From IMG/VR virus record IMGVR_UViG_3300042482_000702, positions 11,355 to 75,354 of that record: DNA of 64,000 nt. The stretch is one strand, 5' to 3'. Below the pieces are notes generated by a model that saw nothing but the letters and a program-made list of their open reading frames with translations, ran no database searches and was not told where the DNA came from. The stretch comes from a virus. Made by a program: the position numbers and the translations under genes. Shown in pieces: positions 1 to 9,253 of the stretch; the first letter of the stretch is position 1; every line of letters starts with the position of its first letter.

Positions 1-31
1 CTATTAAGTTCATAAAGTTCGTAATTTGTTT

Positions 32-427
32 TCATAATTTTTTAATCCATTTATTATCCGAGTTCAACAAAAATTCCCCAACAAAATCTTTTCCACGATT
101 CCATTCATCTGGACCGATAAGTGATAATGTTAATTCTCCAGCAAAGGTATATAAAAAATATGACTTTCCAACTATCGGCTCAAAAGAAATTTTAGATTCC
201 CAAACCATAATAGATGTATTGTACTCTTCATACATTTTTTCAATCCTTTCTTTTATCTCTTGATGTTCCCTGTTGAAGACATCCATCATCTTTTTTGACG
301 CTTCACTTCTAAACAAGGGAACATTGGGTAAATCAAAACTTTGACTACCAGCACTTGTGGGATATGTCCTTAACTTTGCGTCATACCCATCTTTTTCACT
401 CCAAACTATTAAATCAGGTTTTTTCAA
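32..427 (-). CDS. hypothetical protein (131 aa)
   Basis: Long ORF, AT-rich codon usage typical of window; no recognisable motif. Confidence 0.45.
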   Translation of the reverse strand: MKKPDLIVWSEKDGYDAKLRTYPTSAGSQSFDLPNVPLFRSEASKKMMDVFNREHQEIKERIEKMYEEYNTSIMVWESKISFEPIVGKSYFLYTFAGELTLSLIGPDEWNRGKDFVGEFLLNSDNKWIKKL

Positions 428-684
428 TTTAAATAACTTTGTTTATTTATAACAACATCGTAACCCGTAAAATTACTTAATTGTTCTCCCACATCTCCTT
501 TCATATTATCCTCCCACAATAATTTATTATTTGAAGTACTCGCAATCGTTACAAATAATGCTGGGGTATCTTTAACCCATTCATTGTTTTCGTCTAATTT
601 ATTCCTATCCAATACCGTATACTCCGAGACAATACAACCAGGGTAAAAACATTCAATTAATTTATCAAACATTTTTCTTGTCAT
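424..684 (-). CDS. hypothetical protein (86 aa)
   Basis: ORF abutting downstream gene; N-terminus MTRKMFDKLIE contains L-I-E. Confidence 0.4.
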   Translation of the reverse strand: MTRKMFDKLIECFYPGCIVSEYTVLDRNKLDENNEWVKDTPALFVTIASTSNNKLLWEDNMKGDVGEQLSNFTGYDVVINKQSYLN

Positions 685-895
685 ACCATAATAGAACTAA
701 TTACCCAACAAATTATTAACACCACTACTATATTATAGATGTAGTTCATCATCTCCTCTTTGAAGGTTGGTTTAGGTTTTGAAAACGAGTAAACCACAAA
801 TCTAAAAATGGTTACCCAAAATATTATGTTCATCATACAACCAAGTATAATAAAAATATTTTTAATAAAAAGTTGTTGTGTTAGTTTTTTTTATA

Positions 896-903
896 TATCT
901 TTG
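896..903 (+). promoter_or_regulatory. Bacteroidetes-type -7 promoter element TATCTTTG upstream of gene at 935
   Basis: Exact TAnnTTTG match ~30 nt before ATG; same motif recurs before many genes. Confidence 0.4.
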
Positions 904-934
904 TCCAATATTAATAATCTAAAACATTTAAAAA

Positions 935-1171
935 ATGGGTAAGCCAAGTACAAAAGGGAAATATGTCGTTAAAGCGGGACTTTATGACATTTATGTTAAA
1001 ATTATGTCCAAACCGGATACAACAAAAAAACACGGATATTCTATGTCCTACGAGTTTTGTATCTACAAATACGGAAAACTTATTGAGAAAGGATTAAAAT
1101 CAAGAGATGCTGCCGTGGCGAAAGCATTAACGATTGTTCCATCTAAACCAAAACAAAAACAGAAAGCATAA
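935..1171 (+). CDS. small basic protein (78 aa), Lys-rich C-terminus
   Basis: ORF with promoter motif upstream, stop overlaps start of ClpP gene (ATGA). Confidence 0.5.
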   Translation: MGKPSTKGKYVVKAGLYDIYVKIMSKPDTTKKHGYSMSYEFCIYKYGKLIEKGLKSRDAAVAKALTIVPSKPKQKQKA

Positions 1172-1905
1172 TGAATTACGGAAAAGATTTTCAAAAGTTC
1201 GCAATGAGCGAAAGTAATATCTCGGGACTTGATTTACATAACTACCAACAACATATCGTGGGGATGACCCCGTATATCTTGGAAGAAAGAGAATTGAGAG
1301 CAACCCAAATGGATATTTTCTCTCGACTTATGATGGATAGAATTATATGGGTGTCCGGCCCTGTTGAGAGCAAGATGGCGTCAATCATTCAAGCCCAACT
1401 TATTTACCTTGATACCACGGACAAAAAAGATGTGAATCTTTATCTTGATACTCCGGGCGGAAGTGTATTATCCGGACTTGGAATTAGAGACACAATGAAT
1501 TATATCAAAGCCGATGTTACAACTTTAAATGTTGGGATGTGCGCCTCTATGGGTTCAGTTTTAGTTTCTTCCGGAGCAAAAGGAAAAAGAAGTTCATTAA
1601 TCTTTTCAAAAGTTATGACCCATATGGTATCTCACGGAACATCAGGAAATGTTCAAGATACTCGTATCAATCAATTGGAAGCCGAGAAATATAATTATAT
1701 GTTATTCAAAATCTTGGCTGAGAATTGTGGTAAGTCATTTGATGAGATGTATGAATCCTCAAGACACGACAAATGGTTTAATTCAGATGACGCAAAAGCA
1801 TTCGGATTAATTGATAACATCGTTGGGTTAGAAACAAATAAATCTATGACCGAGATGATGGTGGGATTTGATGAGTTTTATTCTAAAGAAATTTTAAAAC
1901 GATAA
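1171..1905 (+). CDS. clpP: ClpP-family (S14) serine protease, candidate phage prohead/maturation protease
   Basis: TPGGSVLSGLGI and GMCASMGS (active-site Ser) blocks, downstream His (MTHMVSHG) typical of ClpP; translational coupling with flanking genes. Confidence 0.8.
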   Translation: MNYGKDFQKFAMSESNISGLDLHNYQQHIVGMTPYILEERELRATQMDIFSRLMMDRIIWVSGPVESKMASIIQAQLIYLDTTDKKDVNLYLDTPGGSVLSGLGIRDTMNYIKADVTTLNVGMCASMGSVLVSSGAKGKRSSLIFSKVMTHMVSHGTSGNVQDTRINQLEAEKYNYMLFKILAENCGKSFDEMYESSRHDKWFNSDDAKAFGLIDNIVGLETNKSMTEMMVGFDEFYSKEILKR

Positions 1906-1909
1906 TACA

Positions 1910-2428
1910 ATGGCGAACACGATGATGACTTATGTTAAGGTTGGAAACCTCAATGAAGAAACCCACAAGAAGTTTGTGGAGTTATTTGAAGAAATAGATG
2001 ACATACCAAACCACTACAATAAATTATACGAAACCAATTTTAAATGTTTTGAAGATATTGATAGAGAATGGATGTCGGAGAATATTGGAGCGAAATGGAT
2101 GGGAGTTGAGTGTGATGATTTAGAATACCACGACAATATGGATTTGGTCCTTGAATCCTCTTGGGATGTTCCAACTCAATATCTTCAAAAAATTGTTGAG
2201 TTCATCGGTGGTGATGTTGTGGTATATGGGACTTACGAAGATGAATCTTACAACCCAATCGGAGCATTTGTATATGCGGTGGGCTATGATGATATTGAAG
2301 ATTACGATGAGGTTGAAACCGATAAAATGTTTCAGGAAGAAGGTTATATGGAAGAGATTTATGATGGTTTATATGAACTCCGTGATTCTTTATATGAAGG
2401 TTATCTTGAAGTAAAAAACGAAGAATAA
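1910..2428 (+). CDS. very acidic hypothetical protein (172 aa), possible scaffold-like
   Basis: ORF immediately after protease; Asp/Glu/Tyr-rich. Confidence 0.5.
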   Translation: MANTMMTYVKVGNLNEETHKKFVELFEEIDDIPNHYNKLYETNFKCFEDIDREWMSENIGAKWMGVECDDLEYHDNMDLVLESSWDVPTQYLQKIVEFIGGDVVVYGTYEDESYNPIGAFVYAVGYDDIEDYDEVETDKMFQEEGYMEEIYDGLYELRDSLYEGYLEVKNEE

Positions 2429-2431
2429 ATT

Positions 2432-2530
2432 ATGGAACCATTATTTGTGGGAATCGGAATAGGATTTATTTTAGGTGCTATGGTAGTAGGTTTTTTTTGG
2501 AGTGAATATAAAAAATCAGAAAATGAATAA
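2432..2530 (+). CDS. small hydrophobic peptide (32 aa, MEPLFVGIGIGFILGAMVVGFFW...)
   Basis: Short ORF with single predicted TM helix, not in ORF track (<60 aa). Confidence 0.3.
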   Translation: MEPLFVGIGIGFILGAMVVGFFWSEYKKSENE

Positions 2531-2795
2531 ACAAGAAACCCTTGAAGAAACTATTGAAATACTATTTAGATATTACCCTGAAAGTACTGGTTATAGAAAA
2601 GCCGCTATAATTGGTAAAGAATGGCAACAAGAAAGAAGTTATAGCGAGGACGAAGTTAGAGAGTTATTAGAAACACAAAGAGGTAATTGTTATGTTGCAT
2701 TACTATCTCACACAAAGAATGATGATATATCTTCAATAGCATTACAATCACCAGAACCTGGTGGTAAAAACGGAACTTGGGTTAAATCAATTTAA
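2502..2795 (+). CDS. hypothetical protein (97 aa; alternative start at 2523)
   Basis: ORF; two candidate ATGs. Confidence 0.45.
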   Translation: MNIKNQKMNKQETLEETIEILFRYYPESTGYRKAAIIGKEWQQERSYSEDEVRELLETQRGNCYVALLSHTKNDDISSIALQSPEPGGKNGTWVKSI

Positions 2796-2967
2796 AAAGA
2801 AATATGAAAAGAGAAGATGAAATCGGAATAATAATTGAATATTTAAAAAAGGAGGTTATAGAAGTGTCAAATCGTTACAGCTCTTTACTTACTGATACCA
2901 TTATTAAAAATGGTAAACTTATAGAATCTTATAAAAATGAGTTAGAAGAATTAAAAAAAGAATAAAT

Positions 2968-3309
2968 ATGAAATCACATTTTAGAAAAACGGAGTATTAC
3001 ACCTCCCACAACGCAAACGCTCCGGTAGAGTTAGACAGCGAAAAATTCCCCGACTTTAAGGGAGAAACAGAAGAAGAGTTTTTACAATACATCTTTGATA
3101 ATTTAGATGGATGGGTCGATGGAGATGGTGAATCACCATTTGACGAAGAAACTCAAGACGCATTAGCAGAATTACAATACGGCTCAATGACAGAATATTG
3201 GGGTTCTTATCAAAACTATTTTGAAGGGGACATTCAGATAGGTAAACCAACACTGGATGATAATTACAAAAACGGTAATTTTGATATACGTCACTCATTA
3301 TCAATTTAA
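2968..3309 (+). CDS. acidic hypothetical protein (113 aa)
   Basis: ORF followed directly by bidirectional terminator. Confidence 0.5.
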   Translation: MKSHFRKTEYYTSHNANAPVELDSEKFPDFKGETEEEFLQYIFDNLDGWVDGDGESPFDEETQDALAELQYGSMTEYWGSYQNYFEGDIQIGKPTLDDNYKNGNFDIRHSLSI

Positions 3310-3317
3310 CAAAAAAT

Positions 3318-3356
3318 AAAAACCCTCACTTAACGGTGGGGGTTTCTTTTTTAAAA
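3318..3356. terminator. bidirectional rho-independent terminator
   Basis: AAACCCTCAC-ttaacg-GTGGGGGTTT hairpin flanked by A-run and T-run between convergent genes. Confidence 0.55.
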
Positions 3357-3662
3357 TAAGTTGAGGTGTCTTATTTTTTTATTTGTTATTCTTTCAACAA
3401 TTTCAGTTAATAAAGGTTTTAAACTTTTATAATCAAGACCCAACTGAGTTGTGATATCACTAATGGTTTTAATACTAAAAGCGATATCATCACTTATTTC
3501 ATCATAAATAATAACAATATCACCATTTCTTGACGAAATCCATTGTTCTTCTTCACCATAAGTATCGTTTCGTCTCATTTTAGATACTACTTTTTTCTCT
3601 AAAGGCCCGATAAATTTAACAATAACATCCAATAATCTATTTTCAGTAATCAATACTTTCAT
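3351..3662 (-). CDS. MKxxITEN-leader family protein (103 aa)
   Basis: N-terminus MKVLITENRLLDVIVKFI matches shared leader. Confidence 0.55.
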   Translation of the reverse strand: MKVLITENRLLDVIVKFIGPLEKKVVSKMRRNDTYGEEEQWISSRNGDIVIIYDEISDDIAFSIKTISDITTQLGLDYKSLKPLLTEIVERITNKKIRHLNLF

Positions 3663-3758
3663 ACTAATAAATACTATTATTTTCCATTATAATGTAATAT
3701 AACCCAATATTAAGATGTTTTTTTCCACTAAAAGTGGTATTTTGGTAAATATTTTCCA

Positions 3759-4151
3759 CTATTCTATTGTTTTAACCGGAACATTAAAGTTATCCCAAAA
3801 CCAATCAATAAATGGTTGTTTCCATCTATCACCAAAAAGACTATTTAATTGGTCTAATTTATCGGAGTCTTCAAATTCTAATATCGGAGATTTATCAATC
3901 ATTTCTTTTAAAAAAACAGGACTTAAAGTTTCAGATTCTTCACTACGCCAATAATCTTCATCATACCATCTAAATAGAGTGTTATCACCATCATCTTCAT
4001 AATCATCTGTATAAAATTCTGTTGCGTAATCAACTTCATTACCCCAATCATCTATACCTGGTGTCCACCCAATATTATTAACATCAAACATACTATTCAG
4101 ATGTTTGATAATTAGTTCGTTAATCTTATTTTCGGTTATTATAATTTTCAT
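3759..4151 (-). CDS. MKIIITENK-family protein (130 aa), conserved WF..F..PVK C-terminus
   Basis: N-term MKIIITENKINELIIKHL; C-term LNSLFGDRWKQPFIDWFWDNFNVPVKTIE shared with paralogs at 23638, 23267, 25069, 15859. Confidence 0.6.
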   Translation of the reverse strand: MKIIITENKINELIIKHLNSMFDVNNIGWTPGIDDWGNEVDYATEFYTDDYEDDGDNTLFRWYDEDYWRSEESETLSPVFLKEMIDKSPILEFEDSDKLDQLNSLFGDRWKQPFIDWFWDNFNVPVKTIE

Positions 4152-4173
4152 CTTTATAAATATGTGTAAATTA

Positions 4174-4198
4174 AAAACCCCCCGAATCCGAGGGGTTT
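4174..4198. terminator. rho-independent terminator hairpin
   Basis: AAACCCCCCG-aatc-CGAGGGGTTT. Confidence 0.45.
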
Positions 4199-4201
4199 AA
4201 A

Positions 4202-4663
4202 TTATATTTCTTCACCAAATAAGTCATCTATCCATCTTTCGGGAACTAACACCACAATATACCCTTTTACCACATTAACTGCGGATGTTGGTAGTAAGTT
4301 ATTAATTTCCTCTAATAGTTCCTCATTCTCCTTAAAAACGATTCGTAATTTACCATCTTCAGCGGTATCAACAACTTTATGTCTATTATTTTCCATAATG
4401 GACTTAAAATTTTCTATATCTCCAAATTTATCTTCTGTTTCTTCTGGCTCAATATCCAAATCACCACCTAAAAATCTATCAGGAACATTACTTTCACCAC
4501 CACTTTTTAAATACTCAATCTCCTCATCAGTCATACCTTCTAACCCAACCTCGTTGTATAAGTCTAAGATACTATCGTAATAATCGGTATTAAATTGTTC
4601 CATCATAATTAATTTAATGATGTCTTTCAATTCAGATTCTGTTAATTTTATAATTTTTCCCAT
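4202..4663 (-). CDS. acidic protein with N-terminal leader (153 aa)
   Basis: MGKIIKLTESELKDIIKLIMMEQ leader helix; Asp/Glu-rich. Confidence 0.55.
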   Translation of the reverse strand: MGKIIKLTESELKDIIKLIMMEQFNTDYYDSILDLYNEVGLEGMTDEEIEYLKSGGESNVPDRFLGGDLDIEPEETEDKFGDIENFKSIMENNRHKVVDTAEDGKLRIVFKENEELLEEINNLLPTSAVNVVKGYIVVLVPERWIDDLFGEEI

Positions 4664-4705
4664 AATTTATTTTATTAATAAATATCTAACGAAATTAATT
4701 ATACA

Positions 4706-4828
4706 ATTTATCGTATTTTTTTAAAGGTAATATAAATTAGATGTAATAAAAATATTGTCGATATTAATACCATTAACCCCAATAACACAGCACTTCCGGT
4801 TATTATAAATTTAAAAAAAGTTTCCATT
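4706..4828 (-). CDS. small membrane peptide (40 aa, METFFKFIITGSAVLLGLMVLISTIFLL...)
   Basis: Short ORF with TM helix, TATCTTTG promoter element at 4844-4851 just upstream. Confidence 0.3.
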
Positions 4829-4858
4829 TTTATTTATTTTTCACAAAGATAGTAATAA

Positions 4859-5065
4859 TTATTTACTTTGAACTAAAAAATAAACCATCCCCTCTTTTTT
4901 AAAAAACACATTTCTTGGATTATCCACACTTGGTGCTGTACTCCATAATTCCGTTAACCCCTCTTGGTCATCCATTGGTCTCATAATCGCTTTTTTGTCG
5001 GTGAACTTAATTGTTCTTGTAATTTCTTTTTCCATATGTAAAATATAAGGAAATTTAAATAACAA
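4859..5065 (-). CDS. hypothetical protein (68 aa)
   Basis: ORF only. Confidence 0.3.
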   Translation of the reverse strand: MLFKFPYILHMEKEITRTIKFTDKKAIMRPMDDQEGLTELWSTAPSVDNPRNVFFKKEGMVYFLVQSK

Positions 5066-5079
5066 GTAAATTTGATTGG

Positions 5080-5715
5080 TTGGAAATTAATAACTATATT
5101 TGGGTTATGGAAGAAATAATTAACAAATTAATAAATTATCACATAAAGGGTATGGATATATACACCCATGGTGGCTCCGTTTGGTTAATTTTTACCAAAA
5201 CCAAAGAATGGATACTTGAATTGGATAATAATAAAACTTTATGGTATAATTTTCATTATTTTGATGCAATATTTTCTTACGCATCGTTGGGTGTTATCGA
5301 TAACCAACAATATATCACAAAATGGGTAGAAGATAATATTCTAAATGGGGTGGAAGATACTCAGAATAACTCACATTCCAACGAAAGCTGGGTTGAGGGT
5401 GTTATTAAAAAGGGTGTAAAACAAACCTTACCTGAATTGGGAAAATATATTCACGATGTTGAAGAAGTAATTGAACAGGGAATAAATCATATTCAATCTC
5501 ATGTTATAAAAAATAAATATATCGTTGAAGAGGTAATTGAAGATGGAATTCTCAATACATATGAAGACTTATATCACCATAAACATAGAGTGGAGGGTGT
5601 AATTAAGAATGGTATCAAAGATACCGCACCAATGGATAATTGGGTTAATTCAGAACGAATGGTCACCGAGGTTATTAAAACCGGAATTAAAGAAACAAAT
5701 AACCCCACCGATTAA
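5080..5715 (+). CDS. repeat protein (211 aa) with four VEGVIK-G-K-T repeats
   Basis: Internal ~20-aa repeats VEGVIKKGVKQT / VEEVIEQGINH / VEEVIEDGILNT / VEGVIKNGIKDT / VTEVIKTGIKET; terminator follows. Confidence 0.55.
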   Translation: MEINNYIWVMEEIINKLINYHIKGMDIYTHGGSVWLIFTKTKEWILELDNNKTLWYNFHYFDAIFSYASLGVIDNQQYITKWVEDNILNGVEDTQNNSHSNESWVEGVIKKGVKQTLPELGKYIHDVEEVIEQGINHIQSHVIKNKYIVEEVIEDGILNTYEDLYHHKHRVEGVIKNGIKDTAPMDNWVNSERMVTEVIKTGIKETNNPTD

Positions 5716-5732
5716 GGATGGGGTTATTTTTT
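5701..5732 (+). terminator. rho-independent terminator
   Basis: AACCCCA-ccgattaagga-TGGGGTT + T-run. Confidence 0.45.
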
Positions 5733-5877
5733 ACATCTCAGATTTTAATCTTCTGAGAATTTCGTTGTTTTTATTAATTATTTTTAATTTCTTAACAACA
5801 TTTACTCTGTTTTTTTTAGGTTTCCCTGGTTTTCTTGATTTAGACATAATAATAATTTAATAATAAATATATCAAAA

Positions 5878-6126
5878 TCACATAATACCTTCTATAGGTA
5901 AATTATATCTAATTTTAAACCATTCACTAAAAAATTTTTGGAACTCCATTCTATTAATACTAAACATTAATTTACTGTCACGTAAAATACTATCATTATA
6001 AAACACAATTTGTTTTATATCGTGATACCCAAACGAATGACCCTTAAACCAATTAGGTTCATCATTACTTTCAACTAATTCACCTAAGTAATACTTATCA
6101 AAATATGTGAAGATTGATTTTTTCAT
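5878..6126 (-). CDS. hypothetical protein (82 aa)
   Basis: ORF; TATCTTTG element (6131-6138 on minus) 4 nt before ATG, so leaderless. Confidence 0.45.
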   Translation of the reverse strand: MKKSIFTYFDKYYLGELVESNDEPNWFKGHSFGYHDIKQIVFYNDSILRDSKLMFSINRMEFQKFFSEWFKIRYNLPIEGIM

Positions 6127-6180
6127 TTAGCAAAGATAATAAAAAAAACCCAACCTAATTAAAGATTGGGGATTTTTATT

Positions 6181-6522
6181 TTATTCCTCTTCGTCGTCCT
6201 CATCATCATCATCATCATCATCATCATCGTCTTCATCTACCTCAACAAAATATATTTCTTTTTCTTCGTCATAAATTTTGTCTTTGGTTTCGTACATATT
6301 AGTCAAATCATCATACAATGAGTCGCTATACGATTCCTCGTCCTCTTCCTCGATTGGGTTCATATCCCAAAAATTTTCTTCAATATATTTTTTCATTTCG
6401 TTTTCGGTCATACCATCCAATTCTGGATAGTCCGATACGGTAATGGTTACAGGTGCGTGCCAAACGGCAATACAATGGGATTCTAATAATCCGAAACTAA
6501 GTTTTTTTGGTGCTTCTGACAT
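6181..6522 (-). CDS. highly acidic protein with poly-Asp tail (113 aa)
   Basis: C-terminal D10-rich run encoded by (GAT)n trinucleotide repeat at 6205-6232; paralog of next gene (YPELDGMTE.E motif). Confidence 0.55.
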   Translation of the reverse strand: MSEAPKKLSFGLLESHCIAVWHAPVTITVSDYPELDGMTENEMKKYIEENFWDMNPIEEEDEESYSDSLYDDLTNMYETKDKIYDEEKEIYFVEVDEDDDDDDDDDDEDDEEE

Positions 6523-6524
6523 AA

Positions 6525-6812
6525 TTAAAACATTTTCTCAACTGCGTTAATTTCTTGCGACTCATTCGTAATTTTATCTCTACGAATATCCATATCGTTA
6601 AGTTCTTCAGCTAATGAATCATAACCTTCGTCATCGTTGGTTGGTTTCATTTCCCAAGCGTTTGATTCAACATAATCAATAGCTTCTTGTGTGGTCATAC
6701 CTTCCAATTCAGGATAATTTTCAAGGTTTAATTCTACCGGTTCTCTGGTAATTGATGTTTCATAATATTCTCTAGCGAATACTGCAATTGTTTTTGGTGT
6801 TTGTTCTGACAT
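6525..6812 (-). CDS. acidic paralog of 6181..6522 (95 aa)
   Basis: Shared N-terminal region (..YPELEGMTTQEAIDYVESNAWEM..). Confidence 0.55.
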   Translation of the reverse strand: MSEQTPKTIAVFAREYYETSITREPVELNLENYPELEGMTTQEAIDYVESNAWEMKPTNDDEGYDSLAEELNDMDIRRDKITNESQEINAVEKMF

Positions 6813-6847
6813 AGTGTTTAAGTTTTTTTATAAAGATACAAATAAAA

Positions 6848-6869
6848 AATCCCACTATCAAGTGGGATG
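6848..6869 (-). terminator. rho-independent terminator
   Basis: ATCCCACT-atca-AGTGGGAT perfect 8-bp stem preceded by A-run (T-run on minus strand). Confidence 0.5.
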
Positions 6870-6874
6870 TGTAA

Positions 6875-7270
6875 TTATTTACCAAATAATTCAAAAAATT
6901 TATCCTGATTAGTTTTCTCTGGTGGGATAATTAATGATTCAACCTTAAATGTCACAAAATCCATACCAGTATATGTCATCTTGAAATAATCATTTAACAT
7001 TAACTCATAACTCGTCTTATCTCCCAAAACCAAAATATTCTCATGACAAAATATATTAACACCAACAAGAAATTTTTTAATAGGTTCAAAACTTTGGGGG
7101 TCATACATAGATGTTACCTTAAATCCTGCCGACACAATATCTCTAATCTCCGGACGAGTCTTTAAGATAACCGATTTAAAATTATCAGGTAATTCAATTT
7201 CCCTATTTTGTAGAGAGTTCTCGTATAATACCCGAATCTCATCCATACTTAAATTATATTCATTTTCCAT
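6875..7270 (-). CDS. hypothetical protein (~131 aa; start moved to MENEYNLSMDEIRVLYE)
   Basis: Track ORF start at 7300 lies inside the terminator hairpin at 7291-7316; internal ATG at 7270 avoids it. Confidence 0.45.
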   Translation of the reverse strand: MENEYNLSMDEIRVLYENSLQNREIELPDNFKSVILKTRPEIRDIVSAGFKVTSMYDPQSFEPIKKFLVGVNIFCHENILVLGDKTSYELMLNDYFKMTYTGMDFVTFKVESLIIPPEKTNQDKFFELFGK

Positions 7271-7290
7271 AAACAATAATACAAATAAAA

Positions 7291-7316
7291 AACCCCACAA
7301 TCAAGTGGGGGTTAAA
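7291..7316 (-). terminator. rho-independent terminator
   Basis: AACCCCAC-aatcaa-GTGGGGGTT. Confidence 0.5.
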
Positions 7317-7595
7317 TTATTCTGAAATATCCTCAATACCGGCTTCAGGAAAATTATCTTGGAGATACCTCAACATTAAATCATTTGAGTTTCCCCCAAA
7401 GAAATCCTCCAACTCATCTTCCATATCATAACTTGCAAATATAAAACTACTTTTATTTTTCCATCCAAAAACATCCCCATGATTTTTCCAATTTCGAAAC
7501 TCCCTATGCTCGGGGACATAAATTAAATTTGTTCGGTGATTAATATATTTAACGAACGCATCATACATTTTACTTTCGGTGATTATTATTTTCAT
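7317..7595 (-). CDS. MKIIITESK-family protein (~93 aa)
   Basis: Leader MKIIITESKMYDAFVKYI (start at internal ATG of track ORF). Confidence 0.55.
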   Translation of the reverse strand: MKIIITESKMYDAFVKYINHRTNLIYVPEHREFRNWKNHGDVFGWKNKSSFIFASYDMEDELEDFFGGNSNDLMLRYLQDNFPEAGIEDISE

Positions 7596-7596
7596 A

Positions 7597-7956
7597 TTAT
7601 TCATTAACAAAGTTATTTATTATATAATCTAACCCAATACCCAAATGTTTAATACCAAGAATGTTTAAAAAATCAGATTCGTCAATTTTACGATTTTGTT
7701 TTTCACTTAAAACTAATACACCATATTCTTTTTGAGGTTGGGCATAATAATTATTACCATTAATATGAAACAAATACATTGACCCATAATTGTTAAGTAA
7801 CCATCTAAACTCTTCTCTACCATCAGAGAACAAGTATTGACCTTTAGGTCCTAATTCAACCCAATTTGTAATCACCTCAATATGGTCGGATAAATTATAT
7901 CCCACCTCCTTGGTAATTAAATCTTTTATTTTATTTTCCGTGATTATAAATTTCAT
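7597..7956 (-). CDS. MKFIITENK-family protein (~119 aa)
   Basis: Leader MKFIITENKIKDLITKEV (start at internal ATG; track ORF extends over upstream gene). Confidence 0.55.
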   Translation of the reverse strand: MKFIITENKIKDLITKEVGYNLSDHIEVITNWVELGPKGQYLFSDGREEFRWLLNNYGSMYLFHINGNNYYAQPQKEYGVLVLSEKQNRKIDESDFLNILGIKHLGIGLDYIINNFVNE

Positions 7957-7969
7957 ATCAATAAATATA

Positions 7970-8212
7970 CTACGATTTAGTTTCCAAACCATATTTCTCG
8001 CAGAACCATTTGTTGAAAAGATAATTATAACTCCCATCACCAAAAAACATATTTAAGTCCCGAATAACAATAGATAACGCACCTGCCCTTTTCAAATATT
8101 TATAATATACACAAACACCATTGACGCAAATTGTATCATCGGTTTCATATATTTCCCTATCACCATAGGTTGATTCCAAATATTTAATAACACACAACTC
8201 CGTCTTGGTCAT
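7970..8212 (-). CDS. hypothetical Cys-containing protein (80 aa)
   Basis: ORF; promoter element TACCTTTG (8222-8229 minus) upstream. Confidence 0.45.
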   Translation of the reverse strand: MTKTELCVIKYLESTYGDREIYETDDTICVNGVCVYYKYLKRAGALSIVIRDLNMFFGDGSYNYLFNKWFCEKYGLETKS

Positions 8213-8239
8213 ATATTTTTTTTACAAAGGTACAACAAT

Positions 8240-8881
8240 TTATTCAAATAAAAAAGGGGGTGGGGGGATTTGGAACCGACCGGAGGGAGTTCGGGTTATC
8301 AAACTATCATACACATTACAAATGTCTTGCTCATTAAGACCCAAGTATTTTTTTGTAATACACGTACTTAAATGACCAAATAATTCCTTCAATAAAATTA
8401 AACTTTCATTTGAATAATTATTCACTTCTAATACCCTTCTACCAAATGTTTTCCTAAAAGTATGTGTTGAAACATTCCCATCTAATTTTATTCTATACTT
8501 TTTTACCAATTCTTTAAGTTTTACATTCACATAAGATTTATCAATTGATTTAGTTCCGTACTTATTTATGAATATAAGTTGATTTAAATTAGTTATGTTG
8601 GATTTTAAAACAATCCTGTCAACAATCTCTTTTAAATCTTTATTTACTTTAACATTTCTTTGTTTTTTTGATTTTACCTCTCTGAATGTAAAAGTTTCAT
8701 TACTTAATAAATCTGAATAAGTAAGTTTTAATAAATCTGAAATCCTTAAACCTGTAAAAACCCCAATTGAAACTAAAAGACAGAATTTATAATGTTCATC
8801 TTTTTCTAATTTTGTAATTAATGATATAAAATCATTCCACTCAAAATATGCTGTAGTTATATTTTGTCCTCTGTTACTCAT
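8240..8881 (-). CDS. tyrosine recombinase / phage integrase family (213 aa, catalytic domain only)
   Basis: GLRISDLLKL (Arg I), HTFRKTFGRRV (HxxR), LLKELFGHLSTCITKKYLGL (His/Tyr) motif order typical of tyrosine recombinases. Confidence 0.7.
   Translation of the reverse strand: MSNRGQNITTAYFEWNDFISLITKLEKDEHYKFCLLVSIGVFTGLRISDLLKLTYSDLLSNETFTFREVKSKKQRNVKVNKDLKEIVDRIVLKSNITNLNQLIFINKYGTKSIDKSYVNVKLKELVKKYRIKLDGNVSTHTFRKTFGRRVLEVNNYSNESLILLKELFGHLSTCITKKYLGLNEQDICNVYDSLITRTPSGRFQIPPPPFLFE
8255..8296. repeat. att-like direct repeat copy A (part 1)
   Basis: Matches copy B with 2 mismatches; encodes integrase C-terminal PPPPFLFE. Confidence 0.6.
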
Positions 8882-8887
8882 AATATG

Positions 8888-9253
8888 TTATTTACTCATG
8901 TCGTATTTGAACTCTATATTGAATTCACATTGTTGTTCACATATCAAGTATCGTTCCACCATATCAACATAGTTTTTTGGGACATCAACGTATGAAAAGT
9001 ATTTTACCTTACACCTTCTATTAAGAATTATTTCATTATATTCATCATCATACTTACTTGGCATACCAACAAATAAATGGTTCATTAATCTTCCTCGAAT
9101 AGATGATACGGATTTCCCAATATACAATATTTCTTTATCCTCACCATATAGAAAATATACCCCTATTCTTTTATTATTAGGTAAATTATTCATACTCACT
9201 TCTAATATACCTGAAAAATTATCTATTGTATATTTTATTTCTTTACCTATCAT
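8888..9253 (-). CDS. GIY-YIG family endonuclease (121 aa)
   Basis: GVYFLYGEDKEILYIGKSVSSIRGRLMNH = GIY-(10)-YIG-...-R...H module. Confidence 0.6.
   Translation of the reverse strand: MIGKEIKYTIDNFSGILEVSMNNLPNNKRIGVYFLYGEDKEILYIGKSVSSIRGRLMNHLFVGMPSKYDDEYNEIILNRRCKVKYFSYVDVPKNYVDMVERYLICEQQCEFNIEFKYDMSK

Noticed and set aside
2151-2414. Internal or antisense ORFs such as 2151-2414, 3056-3304, 3715-3954, 4398-4580, 5609-5860, 9656-9877, 10695-10910, 17364-17555, 18551-18748, 20065-20334, 20888-21100, 22188-22487, 34194-34469, 37126-37314, 37532-37726, 37816-38031, 43305-43592, 46498-46689, 47274-47537, 54291-54983, 57022-57306, 59193-61943
   Set aside because: They are fully nested in, or antisense to, longer ORFs that carry recognisable domains or family motifs. 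Their amino-acid composition is typical of off-frame AT-rich DNA (Leu/Ile/Phe/Ser/Val runs).
8255-8296. Possible tRNA 3-prime half or tRNA-derived att site, suggested by GGTTCCAAATCC on the minus strand
   Set aside because: The T-loop is non-canonical (TTCCAAAT with C at the purine position and no C61). The 7-bp GGGGGAT/ATCCCCC pairing encloses only ~35 nt, too short for a tRNA. No D-arm or anticodon arm could be built. It is more likely a hairpin-containing recombination site.
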